Assembly: GCF_000143415.4 (NCBI RefSeq)
Contig: NW_003314275.1
Location: 1,431,955 to 1,495,954, forward strand
Direction: 5' to 3'
DNA from: Selaginella moellendorffii
Taxonomy: Eukaryota; Plantae; Lycopodiophyta
DNA: 64,000 bases
A model generated the notes under the pieces. It was not told where the DNA came from, ran no database searches, and worked only from the letters and a program-made list of their open reading frames with translations. Positions 1 through 11,500 of the stretch are shown here, one piece after another (the stretch's first letter is position 1; every line of letters begins with the position of its first letter). The position numbers and the translations under genes are program-made.

Positions 1-357
1 GATCCGGAAGGCGCGATGCTGGGGCTGGAGGACATGATGAGGAAGAAGATCTCCATGCCGGCTCATCTCATGTACGATGGCCAGGACAAGAACCTGTTTG
101 AGCACTTCTCTTTGGTGGCACAAAGGACGGGGGTGTACACTGCCAAGGATTACGCAGGAATTCTGGAGCACTTGGTCAAGAGATGGAACGTCGAGTCCAT
201 CACTGGATTGTCTGCTCGCGCGCAAAAGGCCCAGGATTTCGTGTGTGGTCTCCCTCCTCGGATCTTGAGACTAGAGGAGCGAGCTCAGAGCAGGGTGAAG
301 AAGGGCCCCAAGACTGGAGCGTTTAGCTGGATTTTCAACAGGGAAGTTGCACTCTAG
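1..357 (+). CDS. SAD: Stearoyl-ACP desaturase (3' part only, truncated by window edge)
   Basis: [37 protein letters not shown] and [11 protein letters not shown] match the C-terminus of plant acyl-ACP desaturases. Confidence 0.93.
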   Translation, partial: DPEGAMLGLEDMMRKKISMPAHLMYDGQDKNLFEHFSLVAQRTGVYTAKDYAGILEHLVKRWNVESITGLSARAQKAQDFVCGLPPRILRLEERAQSRVKKGPKTGAFSWIFNREVAL

Positions 358-664
358 ATGAACAAGGCTTTGGAAGCTACCCGAGATAAAAGGTGTACAT
401 TACGAGTTTAGTGTTCTAGTGATTTTCAAATAAGTACGGGGTTTTTATTTTTTTTATTAATTTGTTTTGTGCTTCAAGTCCACACAAGTTTCTAGAGCTC
501 TCTACAAACAGGTTGGAGCACAAAAAGGATTTATGGATGTTCGAATCAACATGATCAACACTAGCAAGACAATATTCATATTAGGATACGATATTAATAT
601 CAATATTCATATTATTTATTTTGTTAAACTATATCGAAGTCTAGAAAAATGCAAAAGCTTTGTC

Positions 665-1210
665 CTATTTTTTCTTTTTGGCTTTGGGCTTGCCAGGATT
701 TTTCCCAGTATATTGCTCTTGTGCTTCTTCCTTTGGCTGGCCATTCCACAGGAACTGCGTGACATCGTCCACTTGAGAAAGCATGAGCAAAAGTGGTGTC
801 AATCTCTCAAGCTCTGCATCATCTGCTTCTCCTCTGAATGGTTTGATCTCGATGCCATTGTGCGGGCACAGCCTGAAGTGGAACCTCTCATTGTCCACCC
901 ACACTAGCCTCTTCAACTCGTGCCTGACCTTTACCTTGCGCACATCCTTGATGAAACCGGTCCTCGTCCTGGTGCAATCCTCAATGCCATAAACGTCGGT
1001 TATAAGCTTTGCACTCGCCCCAAACCCTGCCACCGATTGATCCAGGTGCCTGGAATCCGAGACACTGAAGATGACAAGGGAGTAGGCCATTGCCATCCTG
1101 CTCAAGAACGCCTCCAGCCCAGGTCTGTTCACAATTGTGCTCGCGTCCTTCTTCCATACCAGCGTCTCGTTTAGGTCTAGCACCAAAACGGGTTTGCCTT
1201 CTTCCGCCAT
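665..1210 (-). CDS. NIF/FCP1-SCP (CTDSP-like) HAD phosphatase domain protein with degenerate DLNET motif, copy 1
   Basis: LVLDLNETL, RPGLEAFL, FIKDV, VWVDN, PHNGIEIKPF and LSQVDDV; intronless; first ATG at 1210. Confidence 0.85.
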   Translation of the reverse strand: MAEEGKPVLVLDLNETLVWKKDASTIVNRPGLEAFLSRMAMAYSLVIFSVSDSRHLDQSVAGFGASAKLITDVYGIEDCTRTRTGFIKDVRKVKVRHELKRLVWVDNERFHFRLCPHNGIEIKPFRGEADDAELERLTPLLLMLSQVDDVTQFLWNGQPKEEAQEQYTGKNPGKPKAKKKK

Positions 1211-1263
1211 CTTTTTTAGGGCACACAAGTTGTGAACAAATTAGAAAGTAAGGTGTGGTGTTC

Positions 1264-1788
1264 TCATTTCCCTTTCTTCTTGGGCTTGGCCTTGCCAAGA
1301 TTCTTAGTAGACTGCTCTTGTGCTTCCAACACCTTTGGCTGGCCATTCCACAGGAACTGCGTCACATCCTCCACCTTGGACAGCTTGAGCAAAAGAGGTG
1401 TCAATTTCTCAAGCTCCCTATCATCTGCTTCTCCTTTGAATGGCCTGATCTCGATGCCATTGTGCGGGCACAGCCTGAAATTGAGGCGAACATCATCCAC
1501 CCAGACTAGCCTCTTCATGCTGCACGTAGCAAACTGTGACACATCCTTGACAAATCCCTGTCGGCACCTGGTGCAATCCTTGATGCTGTATACCTCACTG
1601 ATCAGATGCGCAAATGCCCCAAACCCAGCCACACACTGCTTTGAGTCTGACGCACTGAAGATTATGAGCTTGTATACCTGCACCATCTTGCTGAGGAACT
1701 CTTCTAGGCCGGGCCTCTTGACGATAGTCGAGTTCTTTCTGCAAATCAGCGTGTCGTCTAGATCCAGCACCAGCACCCCTCTGTCCAT
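1264..1788 (-). CDS. NIF/FCP1-SCP (CTDSP-like) HAD phosphatase domain protein with intact DxDxT (DLDDT), copy 1
   Basis: LVLDLDDTL, KRPGLEEFL, IIFSAS, FVKDVS and VWVDD; basic C-terminal tail. Confidence 0.87.
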   Translation of the reverse strand: MDRGVLVLDLDDTLICRKNSTIVKRPGLEEFLSKMVQVYKLIIFSASDSKQCVAGFGAFAHLISEVYSIKDCTRCRQGFVKDVSQFATCSMKRLVWVDDVRLNFRLCPHNGIEIRPFKGEADDRELEKLTPLLLKLSKVEDVTQFLWNGQPKVLEAQEQSTKNLGKAKPKKKGK

Positions 1789-1912
1789 TTCTTCCCGCAG
1801 CCCTAATCAGGATTAGCATCAAGTCTTTTTCAAACCGTTTATGACAATCATTATTAAATTACTTAATAAACTTCCATTTTCTCAAATCGCCAGTGCATGT
1901 GAAAGTTCTCAC

Positions 1913-2206
1913 CATACTTGCATCCGAACATTCGAACGCAACCGGATTAGAACGGGTATCGAACGTTTAATACCCGTTTAGCTTTTTTTCGAACGGGTAT
2001 AATGGTTTTCAGTTTTTCTCGAACCCTAATTTTACAGTTTTTTTGAACCCTGATTTTACATGAACCCTAATCCTAAGTAAAAGAAAGCATATTCTTTAGG
2101 GTTTTTAAAAATATTCTTGGTGTTTAAACGCCGTTTTAAACGCCGTATTATACGCGCGTTTTAAACGGCGTTTTTTATTAATCGTACCCGTTCGAATGCA
2201 AGTATG
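1913..2206. mobile_element. Non-autonomous hAT-like MITE (294 bp)
   Basis: Terminal inverted repeats CATACTTGCATCCGAAC / GTTCGAATGCAAGTATG (16 of 17 match); perfect 8-bp target duplication GTTCTCAC at 1905-1912 and 2207-2214; subterminal CGAAC(GGG) repeats; no ORF. Confidence 0.88.
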
Positions 2207-2214
2207 GTTCTCAC

Positions 2215-2867
2215 AAAGCCTCTGTGCGGGCGCTCCAGATCACCACTATCAAAGAATTTATGGACCAGTATCAAACACAGCCTTGGAGTTCTACAAGACG
2301 AAGAGGTTTGGTCCAAGAGACCGCTGTTTGCCCGATCCAAGCAATCCAGGACTTAGAGAAGAGAGACCTTGTAAGAACAACAAAAGAGCATGCTTCTTTA
2401 GATTTTAGGACATTTGTGGAGGCCGCCACGGTAGCCTGGTAGAGGCGCTCGCCGAGTACCTCCACCAGCGCGGCAGCCTCCTCTTGCAAATTACCCACGA
2501 GTCCCATTTGGAGGTGCCGCCTCCAAAGGAAAACGCCCGAGCCAGGATGTCCCCAGGTCGGGCAGGACTTTGTCCGGTGGGCTGCTGGAGGCGTGGGAAA
2601 TCTAGTCGAGCTCTTCGCCTTCTTGCGGCAAAGAGGAGAAAGAAAGCACCCAAGAAAAACCAAGCTCCACAGCAAAACAATCAAGCAAGCAAAGGAGAGA
2701 TGCGATCACTCACCATGAGCGCCATCCAGATCCAGCTCCATCTACGCCACAAGCGAGAGAAATCGTTAGAAGGAAGAAGCGGGCACACAGGCAAGCAATC
2801 CTCCCGAGCTCAACCGCCAGAGGCCCCCAAAGAAAAGCCCTAGCGCCGCAGGTCTTGCATTTATATA
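2215..2867 (-). other. Candidate spliced transcript without a long ORF (lncRNA, micropeptide gene or gene relic)
   Basis: TATATAAA at 2860-2867 (minus); CTAAC plus pyrimidine tract and AG just before ATG 2741; G|GTGAGT donor at 2713; splicing gives only a 14-15 aa peptide. Confidence 0.3.
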
Positions 2868-3143
2868 CTCCACGGACTGCGAATATTCTATTCGGCCCGG
2901 ATTAGAATATACCAGTTAAAAACCATAGAATAATCTGCATTGCTTATTTGGATAATTTGTAATATACCTCTTAGTTTATCAGATTTTTTATGATTAAATA
3001 ATTACAATAAGCGAATATTCTAATCGGCCGGATAATGTTTAGGGCAGTTTTAGCAAAACACGTTGACCACGGTCAAAAAAATCGACCGACGGAAATAAAA
3101 AGTTCGTTGACCAAGGCCAACGACCACTTTTCTTTTCCCCTCC

Positions 3144-5206
3144 TCAACTTATGATACACTCGCGCGGACTTCCGAGGCTATCGTCCGAGCTGTCCTCGTC
3201 CGAGTTCTCCGTGGATATGAGATTGTAGTAGCCTTCTTCTTCGTTGTGCTCCTGCGCGTCGTCTTGGTTCTGCGCCTCCGGGTCGACGAATCGGGCGCTC
3301 TGGAGATGGAGAACTCGCATGATGATCTCGGGCGTGAACGGGACGTTCGACAGATCCTCGCGGCTTCGCTTGTTCCTCTCCATGATCTGCACGAAGTTAA
3401 AGACAATGGTGGAGAGAAGACTCACTCGAAAACAGGAGAACTTACCTTGTCAGCATTTGGAGGAAATGGTTCTCGATCCACGCTGGTTGGAGCCCAGAGC
3501 TTGATCGTCTTGTCCATTCCGCTTGTCGCCAGGAACGCAGTGTGAGGATGAGGCTCGAGGCAATTCACGACCCGCCTGTCTCCCTTGAGCATCGTCACAA
3601 GAGCTCCTCCACGCTTCTTCCAGATGAAAATGTGACCACAGTCGGAGCCGCTCATCACGTACTCGCTGTTCGGCCCGTAGAAGTTGACGCCCTTCACCGT
3701 TTGTGCGTTCCTGTGGCCCCTGTAAACTTGCGGAGATCTTCCATCGTCGGCGGCGCTCGACTTCTCCTTGTCGTCGTCCATGTCGCCACTTTGATCTTCG
3801 TCTTCCGCGTCGTCGTCTCCATCCTTCTTCCTGATGCTTGTGTCGATCTCGTCGTCGCAGTCGGGGGTGTCGGAGTTTACTTCTTCGTCCGACGCCGAGT
3901 CGTCGTCGGGCCTCGTCTGATCCTGGACTTCCATGTCCCTCTGGAAGAGGTAGATGTGCTCGTCGCTATATGAGACGAGGAGCTCCTCTTGGTGAGAGTA
4001 AGCGACGCAGGTGATGTGTATGTGCGGGAAGCCGATGAGGTGTTTTGGAGTGTAGAGGCTGACTGGTGTGTCGTCACCGATCTTTCTCAGGTCGTAAACT
4101 CGGGCGTAGACGTCGTCGCCACCGACAGCGAGATAGTTTGGATTCCGGGGATTGATGACGATTGAATTCAGGCGGACAAGCGGGCCCCTGGATTTGAAGC
4201 GGTTCTGACAGCTTACAAGCTTTGTCCGCCTGTTGTCTCGCAGATCAAACTAGAAAACAAACACTACGTATCAAAACCAGGGAAAGACTCTAAGGATTCG
4301 CTTACATGTAGGACAATACCATCTTCTCCACAGCTGAAGAACGTTCGAGGACTTCCTGGCTCGACTGCAAGCTTGTGAGCAGGACCTCTGTGCTTGGCTA
4401 GTTTCTTAGTCTCAACTCTTCCATCCTCGGAGATCAAAGCATGACGCACCTACAAAAAGTTGGAAAGATTAGATTTTTTGTTCTAGGTGGTAGTTTGGTT
4501 GACGAAACACGATCAGGGAGAGAACTTAACGAAAATGGATGGAATGAACGACTTACTTGTCCATCAGCAGCACAGCTGACAACACTGCGATCATCCGAGA
4601 AAGGCATAATTCTCGCTTGGAAAACATTCTGCTCGTGACCCGAGTGATAGATGAGCTTCTTTCGTCCGGCCATCCAGTCCCAGAAGATGATCTGCTTGTC
4701 ATCCGAGCCGGACACCAGTCGATCGCCGGAGGGATTGAAGTGAACAGTGTTAACGCATCCTCGATGCCCAGAAAGTCTGCGAAACTCCTTAAGTCGTTGT
4801 ACCATGTCCTGGGAAAAGGAGAAGTGAAAAACGAAAAGTCAAGTTCCGACCAAAAAAATTTGATCATTCCCCAAGAGCGCAAAAAAGAATGAAGAAAAGA
4901 AATCCTGGAAAGATGAAGAAGAGGAAGAAATTTAAATCCAAGGAACTCCATATCTCCAAAAACGAAGAGCATTGTAAGAAAGCAGGAAAAAGAGAATGGG
5001 AATCCATGCAAGGAGGAAGCGACCAGACCTAAGAAGATGAAAACCCAGGCGATCGCTACACGCACCTCACAGCCGCCGATTCGATGCGCGTAGAGCGAAG
5101 GCCGCAAGCTGCCGATCTCGCGCTTGTAGAGCTCGAAGTGCCTACATTTATAGAGCTCCAGAGCTGGAGTGGAGCTCCGCGAAGACGAAGCGCCCTCGCA
5201 GTCCAT
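3144..5206 (-). CDS. DCAF8/WDR42A-like WD40 DDB1-CUL4 associated factor (multi-exon)
   Basis: LSGHRGCVNTVHFN, SGSDDKQIIFWDW, HRGPAHKLAVEPGSP, YRGHRNAQTVKGVNFYGP, VNCLEPHP and LATSGMDKTIKLWAP; GT-AG introns. Confidence 0.92.
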
Positions 5207-5355
5207 CGCAGCGCGCTCGCTCGCAGCTCTCGTCTCCCGGCTAGGGATTTTCACGGGACGTCTCCCATGATACCGCGATTCTACTTAGGTCACAAAAGAT
5301 TCACTGGGTTTCAAATCCCACGAGGAAGAGGAAGAGTAAATTAGGGCTTATAGGG

Positions 5356-6076
5356 ATGGATGGGGGCGATGGCGACGACGATTTCCCGCTACTCTCTGGA
5401 TCCGACGAGGACGAGCCCGTGAGGAATCCAGACGAAGACGCCGAGGCGCAGGGAGAGGCGGAGGATGGAGAGGCGGAGGGCGAGGCGGCGGCGGAGGTGG
5501 AGGCCGAGGAGGATGAAGATCAGCAGCAGCAGATCGAAGTCGAGAAGCAGCCGCGGCAGCAGCCGATCGTGGACACGGATAGAATCCAGTGAGTAGATCG
5601 AAATATCTCTCCTCCAGTTCTAAATTCTTCTCTTTTGTGTGTCCTAGGGAAGCTATGGGAAGATTTACTGCAGATCAGCTAGATCGGTATGAGCACTACC
5701 GGCGGTCGGGCTTTCCCAAGACGCAAATGCGTAGAGTGAGTGGTTCCTTTGCTTCTCTTCGTGATTTCGCTGAATTTTTCTTTCTTTTGATCTTTCTCAG
5801 CTTGTCCAAAACGTAGCAGGGTGTTCTATATCAGTGCCAATGTCGATCGTTATGTCTGGTCTCGCGAAGATGTTCGTGGGTGATGTTATCGAAACGGGTA
5901 AAAGTCCAAGAGCGCGTTCTTTTTTTTTCTAACTTCGTGGTCTCGCAGCTCGAATCATAATGTCCGAGCAACAGGAGGAGGGACCGATCCGCCCCCGTCA
6001 TCTCCGCCAAGCGTACCGGCGACTGAAGCTAGAGGGGAAGCTTCCTGTTCGATCCAGACCAAGCCTTTTTCGGTAG
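5356..6076 (+). CDS. TAF11: TFIID subunit 11 (multi-exon)
   Basis: Acidic N-terminus, then FTADQLDRYEHYRRSGFPK, IVMSGLAKMFVGDVIE and GPIRPRHLRQAYRRLKLEGKLP. Confidence 0.93.
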
Positions 6077-6128
6077 AACAAGAAATCTCGAGGTGTCAGC
6101 TGCAAAGGCTCTACGAAACTTGGTATGT

Positions 6129-7838
6129 CTAAGTCGCTTTCGATTTCTCTCTAGGTACTTTTTCGCCGTAGAGGTTTGACAAAAGAACGTGTGATGTTGA
6201 ATTCTCAGGGTCTCCATCGTACAAATGCGAAGCCGCCACTTTCGCTCGCTGGAAATCTCGATGAGTTTTACACCCCGCGAGAAGAGCTCCCCAGGTGATC
6301 TCGTCAGGGACAAAGGGCATTTGGTTTATGAGCTCCTCGGCCCTGTCAAGCTGCCCAGCTCTCGCGAGAAGATCCACCATGCAAGAGAAGTGTTCTATCC
6401 CGGGTCTAAGCAAGGGATCCTCGCTCATCAGCAAGAAGTAAGACCATCCTTGTTCCAATCGGCCTCCATGGCAACAGGCTATCAAAACTCCGAGGTATGA
6501 GATCTCGTTTGGTTTGCAGGAGTCCAGGAACATCAGCCCAAAACACTCGATCGCTTCTTTGTCATGTCCAGATTGAGCGTTTGCTACGATCAAAGTCGTG
6601 AAAGTTATAGTGTTTCTCTCAGGAGATTGATAGAACATCTTTCTTGCTTTGGCTGTAAGACCTTTGTGAGCATATGCTCCAATGATAATGTTGTAAGAGA
6701 CAACGTTCCTCTTGGGCATATTCTCGAACGTAAGCCTCGCATCTAGAAGATGCCCGTTCTGGGTATATGCCGTTAGTAGGCTTGTCCACGTTACAATGTC
6801 GTGAAGAGGCATCTTATCAAACGTTGCTTTAACCTCGTTTAGCTGGGCGTGTTCACCAAGGATAAGAATCACTGCGGTACACGTGACAACATTATACTCG
6901 GGCATCTTTCCAAAGATGCTCATTACAGCCTCTAGATTCCCATCCTCGGCATATGCCTGTAGAAGCGTATTCCACGCGACCAAAGTCTTCTCACGCATTC
7001 TATCAAATACCTCTTTCGCACCGCGTAGATTCCTGTTCACAGCGTAAGCTTGCAGCATCGCAGTCCAAGCTACCGTATTATGCTCCGGCATATTCGCAAA
7101 CATTCTTCTTGCTACCACAAGATCCCCTTCTTGGGCATATGCCGAGAGCATAGCTGTCATAGATACCACGTCGTGCTCTGGAATCTTTTCTCGTAAATAC
7201 TCAACCCCGGAGAACTCACCACTCTCGGAATATGCCTGCAGCATCGTAGAGTACGTGACCACATTACGCTCGAGCATCTCGTCAAACATTCTCTTGACCA
7301 CGTCCAGATACCCTTCCCGGGCATATGCCATAAGCAGGGTATTCCACGTCACGAGATTCCACTCGGGCATCCGGTCAAACACCGACTTGGCACCGGCGAG
7401 ATTCCGATGCTGGGCATATGCCTGCACCATCGCCGTCCACGTCACGATATTCCGGTCGGGCATCCGGTCAAAGATTCCTTTCGCCTCGTCTAGATTCCCG
7501 CGGCGGCCGTACGCCGTGAGCATCAGCGTCCACAGCACGACATCCGGGCCGTCCATTCTGTCAAAGAGCTCCCGCGCTTGATCCAGATGCCCGTTCTGGG
7601 CAAATGCTGTCACCATGATGTTCCACGAGAAATAGTTTGGATCTTTGAGGTTATCAAAGATTTGCTTGGCGTGGAACACTTGCCCGCACCTTCCGTACAT
7701 CTCGATCAAGAGATTCAAGAGCAGCGTGTTCTGGCCGTGCTGCCCTTTACGAATCGCTTCGTGTAGCTCGCGGCCCCGGGCGAGATTTCTAGATTCGCCA
7801 CTGGATCGGACGAGCGAAGCTAGAGATTTCACGTCCAT
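6129..7838 (-). CDS. PLS-class PPR protein rich in 31-aa SS motifs, E domain, no DYW
   Basis: Long run of 31-aa repeats (FDRMPxxNxVTWTAMLxAYAQxG); [14 protein letters not shown] and [11 protein letters not shown]. Confidence 0.93.
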   Translation of the reverse strand: MDVKSLASLVRSSGESRNLARGRELHEAIRKGQHGQNTLLLNLLIEMYGRCGQVFHAKQIFDNLKDPNYFSWNIMVTAFAQNGHLDQARELFDRMDGPDVVLWTLMLTAYGRRGNLDEAKGIFDRMPDRNIVTWTAMVQAYAQHRNLAGAKSVFDRMPEWNLVTWNTLLMAYAREGYLDVVKRMFDEMLERNVVTYSTMLQAYSESGEFSGVEYLREKIPEHDVVSMTAMLSAYAQEGDLVVARRMFANMPEHNTVAWTAMLQAYAVNRNLRGAKEVFDRMREKTLVAWNTLLQAYAEDGNLEAVMSIFGKMPEYNVVTCTAVILILGEHAQLNEVKATFDKMPLHDIVTWTSLLTAYTQNGHLLDARLTFENMPKRNVVSYNIIIGAYAHKGLTAKARKMFYQSPERNTITFTTLIVANAQSGHDKEAIECFGLMFLDSCKPNEISYLGVLIACCHGGRLEQGWSYFLLMSEDPLLRPGIEHFSCMVDLLARAGQLDRAEELINQMPFVPDEITWGALLAGCKTHRDFQRAKVAASHLYDGDPENSTSHVLLSNLYGEKVPREKSKAT

Positions 7839-7938
7839 TCCATCAAGATGTTTAGAGAAAACCAAAAAATAGTTCGACTATTAAGGAGAACACTCCACGC
7901 ATTTGTACTGCCCTGTACAAAAAGCCCAAGCTTGATCT

Positions 7939-8281
7939 TCATTGGAATCCCCCGGCGCCGCCGCGGAGCGCGAGAACGAGATGGAGCACGGATCCGCCCT
8001 CGATGTTGTAATCGCGCGCGGTCTTGTCGTCGTTCATCTGCTTCCCGGCAAAGATCAGCCTGCAAGAACAAAGAGTCATTCCATCTCTCCCAGAAGACAC
8101 AAGAGATTTCTTTCGCTTGCCTCTGCTGGACGGGAGGAATCCCTTCCTTCTCCTCGACGCGCTCCTTGATGCGCTCGATCGTGTCATTGGGCTCGATGTC
8201 GATCTCGATTTCCTTGCCTGTGAGTGTCTTCACCTTGATCATGGTGCCGCCCAGCAGCCGGAAGAAGCCATGCTTGCCCAT
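7939..8281 (-). CDS. RUB1: RUB/NEDD8 ubiquitin-like modifier with short N-terminal leader; one GC-AG intron (8060-8120)
   Basis: [18 protein letters not shown]...[12 protein letters not shown]|[34 protein letters not shown]; in-frame ATGs at 8281 and 8242. Confidence 0.95.
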
Positions 8282-8514
8282 CGGAGCTCCCCCCAGTCCA
8301 GGAGCCCTAACCCTAGGCCTTTAAAACTGTACGGAATTTTTTTAGGACTGCATGGGACACGTGGCATCCAACGGCTCAGATTGGTCAGATTAGGGTTTAG
8401 GGTTACGGAAGGTTACTTGTTCTTCTCTCTCTCTCTGTGTCTCTCTCGTTATCTGGCTGTTTGATCGATCGATCGATCGATTCGAGCGATTTGTGAGGAC
8501 GCAGCGCTCAATCC

Positions 8515-11500
8515 ATGGTACATTTTATCACTGATCCAGCAGGGGAGGAAGAGGATAGCAAGAATTCAAACATGCAGGAAAGATCTAGTTTAAAAATGTA
8601 TGGATCGGAGGAGGAGGAGGACGATCCAGTGGCATCCCAGGCAGGGCCGCTGCTCGGCGAGGAGGGATACCACGATCACAGCGTTTCTTCGTCCAAGCTC
8701 GGGTCTGGATCGCCGGTTTTCTCATCGCGGGTGGGGAGATTGCTCCGCGAGAGGCAGCTCCGGAGGGGCGAGAGCGGCGCCGGCGATATCGATGGGATTG
8801 GGGGCTCGGAGGGGATCATCAAGGACGAGCAGAGGCAAAGGCTGCTCGTCGTGGCGAATCGCTTGCCAGTGTCGGCTATCCGGCGTGGTGAGAATGCTTG
8901 GGCCTTGGAGCTCAGTGCTGGTGGGCTTGTTAGTGCGCTACTTGGTACGTGTTTTTTCCTCTTCGTTTTTCTTTTCTTCCCGGAGCTCTAGCTTGTTTTC
9001 TTTGATCTTGCATCTTTGATCCTCGCAGGAGTGAAGCAATTCGAAACGACGTGGATCGGCTGGGCTGGTGTCAATGTCCAGGACGACGTAGGAAAAGAAT
9101 CTCTTTCGAGAGCTCTCGGGGAGGAGGTAAAAGCGTGATTTGTTCGAGTGCTCCTTTTGTTCTTGAGCTCATCGTTTGTGAATTTTTTGCCTTTTTCTTC
9201 CAGGGGTTTGTGCCGGTCTTTCTCGACGAACAGACTGTTGATCTCTACTACAATGGCTACTGTAACAACGTTCTCTGGCCGCTTTTCCATTACATTGGAC
9301 TCACTCAGGACGATAGGCTGGCTGCGACTCGTGGTCTCGAGGCCCAGTTTAATGCGTACAAGCGCGCAAACTCGATTTTTGCGCAGGTTGTTCTCTCGCA
9401 TTATCAGAAAGGGGACGTCGTCTGGTGTCACGACTACCATCTAATGTTTCTGCCGAGGTTTCTCAAAGAAGCCAAGAGTGAGATGAAAGTTGGATGGTTC
9501 TTGCATACGCCGTTTCCGTCGTCGGAGATTTACAGGACTTTGCCGCAGCGGTCGGAGCTGTTGCAAGCCGTGTTGAAAGCCGATTTGATCGGGTATGTGT
9601 TTATGTTATCCAGGACTAGGGGTAGCTGATGGTTCTAGTTTTTTCGCAGGTTTCATACATATGACTATGCGAGACACTTTGTCAGTGCATGCACACGTAT
9701 TTTGGGCTTGGAAGGGACGCCAGATGGTGTTGAAGATCAAGGAAAGCTCACTAGAGTCGCAGCTGTACGTATGAAGTTCGGCTTTTGGTCTTTGGTGTGT
9801 ATTGAGCTGTAGTTTTGAGCAGTTTCCAATCGGGATTGATGCGGAGCGCTTTGTGAGGGCCTTGCATACGTCTACTGTTAGAAATCATATTCAGGAGCTC
9901 TCTAGGCGATTCTCGGGACGAAAGGTACGAGGCTTTGAATGGATTGGCTTTGTGTTTCACACGTATTGTTTTGTCAGGTTATGCTGGGCGTTGATAGATT
10001 GGATATGATCAAAGGAATTCCGCAGAAGCTACTAGCGTTTGAAAAGTTTCTCGAGGACAATCCGATTTGGCACGACAAAGTCGTCATGGTTCAGATCGCG
10101 GTGCCTACTCGAACAGATGTTCATGAATGTAGAGCGGCTTTATCTCTCTTGTGCATTTTAACTTCGAAACTTTTGTAGATCAGAAGCTATCGAGCCAAGT
10201 TCACGAGATTGTTGGACGAATTAATGGTCGATTTGGAACCTTGACAACAGTTCCCATCCATCACCTGGTAGACGAAGTAATTTTATTCTTATTTGGCTTT
10301 GTCAAGTTTCAAAATAGGACCGATCACTGGAGTTTTATGAGCTATGTGCTCTGTATGCGATTACTGGTAAGCTTTAAAACTTCGTAAGTTTCTGGTTATA
10401 CTTATGTCACTATTAGACGTGTTGCTGGTAACATCTCTGCGGGACGGCATGAATCTTGTGAGCTACGAGTATGTCGCATGCCAGGACCAGAAGAAGGGTG
10501 TTCTTGTCTTGAGCGAGGTGCTGAATTAAATTTCTTCAGATTGGAGCTTTTAAGTGATTCATGCTTGTAGTTTGCAGGTGCAGCACAATCGCTGGGTGCT
10601 GGAGCGATACTTATCAATCCTTGGAACATTGTCGAGGCGGCTTGTGCCATAGCAGATGCGTTGAACATGAGCGAGACTGAACGGCAAGAAAGACACCGTC
10701 ACAACTTCATCCATGTTACATCCCATACGGCTCAGCTCTGGGCAGACACATTTGTAAGGTAGACTCGTACTAGGTTCTTCGTATCTCAAACGCTCTCATT
10801 GCTTTCGTTCCAGTGAACTAAACGATACGGTTGTGGAGGCAGAGTTGCGCATTCTGCGTGTACCCCCACCACTGCCGGTCGAGAAAGCAATTAGCAGTTA
10901 TGCTACGTCGAAGAACTGCTTGCTGATTCTAGTAAACTTGTTATGGTTTTCCATCCTGTAATTGTGACTTACTTCCATGTTTTACTCTACTTCAGGGATT
11001 TAATGCGGCTCTCACTGCACAAGCAGACGCTCCTCGCCTTGATCGTGTTAGAGAAACTTTGCATCCTGCTTTGCATGAAACTCTTCGACATTTATGTGCG
11101 GATCCAAAGGCAACGGTTGTGATACTCAGTGGTAGCGAGCGCTCTCTTCTTGACGAGGTTACTTCTGATTGTTTCTCGAGAATTTCTGATTTCTGTCGGT
11201 AGAGTTTCAGGCTTTTGGCGATTTTAAGTTATGGCTTGCTGCGGAAAATGGCATGTTTCTCAGACACACGTCTGGTGACTGGATGACAACAATGCCCGAG
11301 CACCTCAATTTGGACTGGGTTGAGAGCGTGCAGGTACCATCAGAAGCTGGTTTTTTTTGTAGTACCGCAATGGTTTTAACAAGCGCTCCAACAGCTGGTG
11401 TTCGATTATTTCAGCGAGCGCACACCGAGATCATATGTCGAAGCTCGTCAAACTTCTCTAGTGTGGAACTTCAAGTATGCAGGTTGGTACCTTTTGTGTG

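Noticed and set aside
2521-2541. Resemblance to miR399 (CCAAAGGA...GCCC), suggesting an IPS1-like target mimic
   Set aside because: Pairing needs several mismatches, wobbles and a bulge and lacks the IPS1 central 3-nt loop. I know of no miR399 in this lineage.
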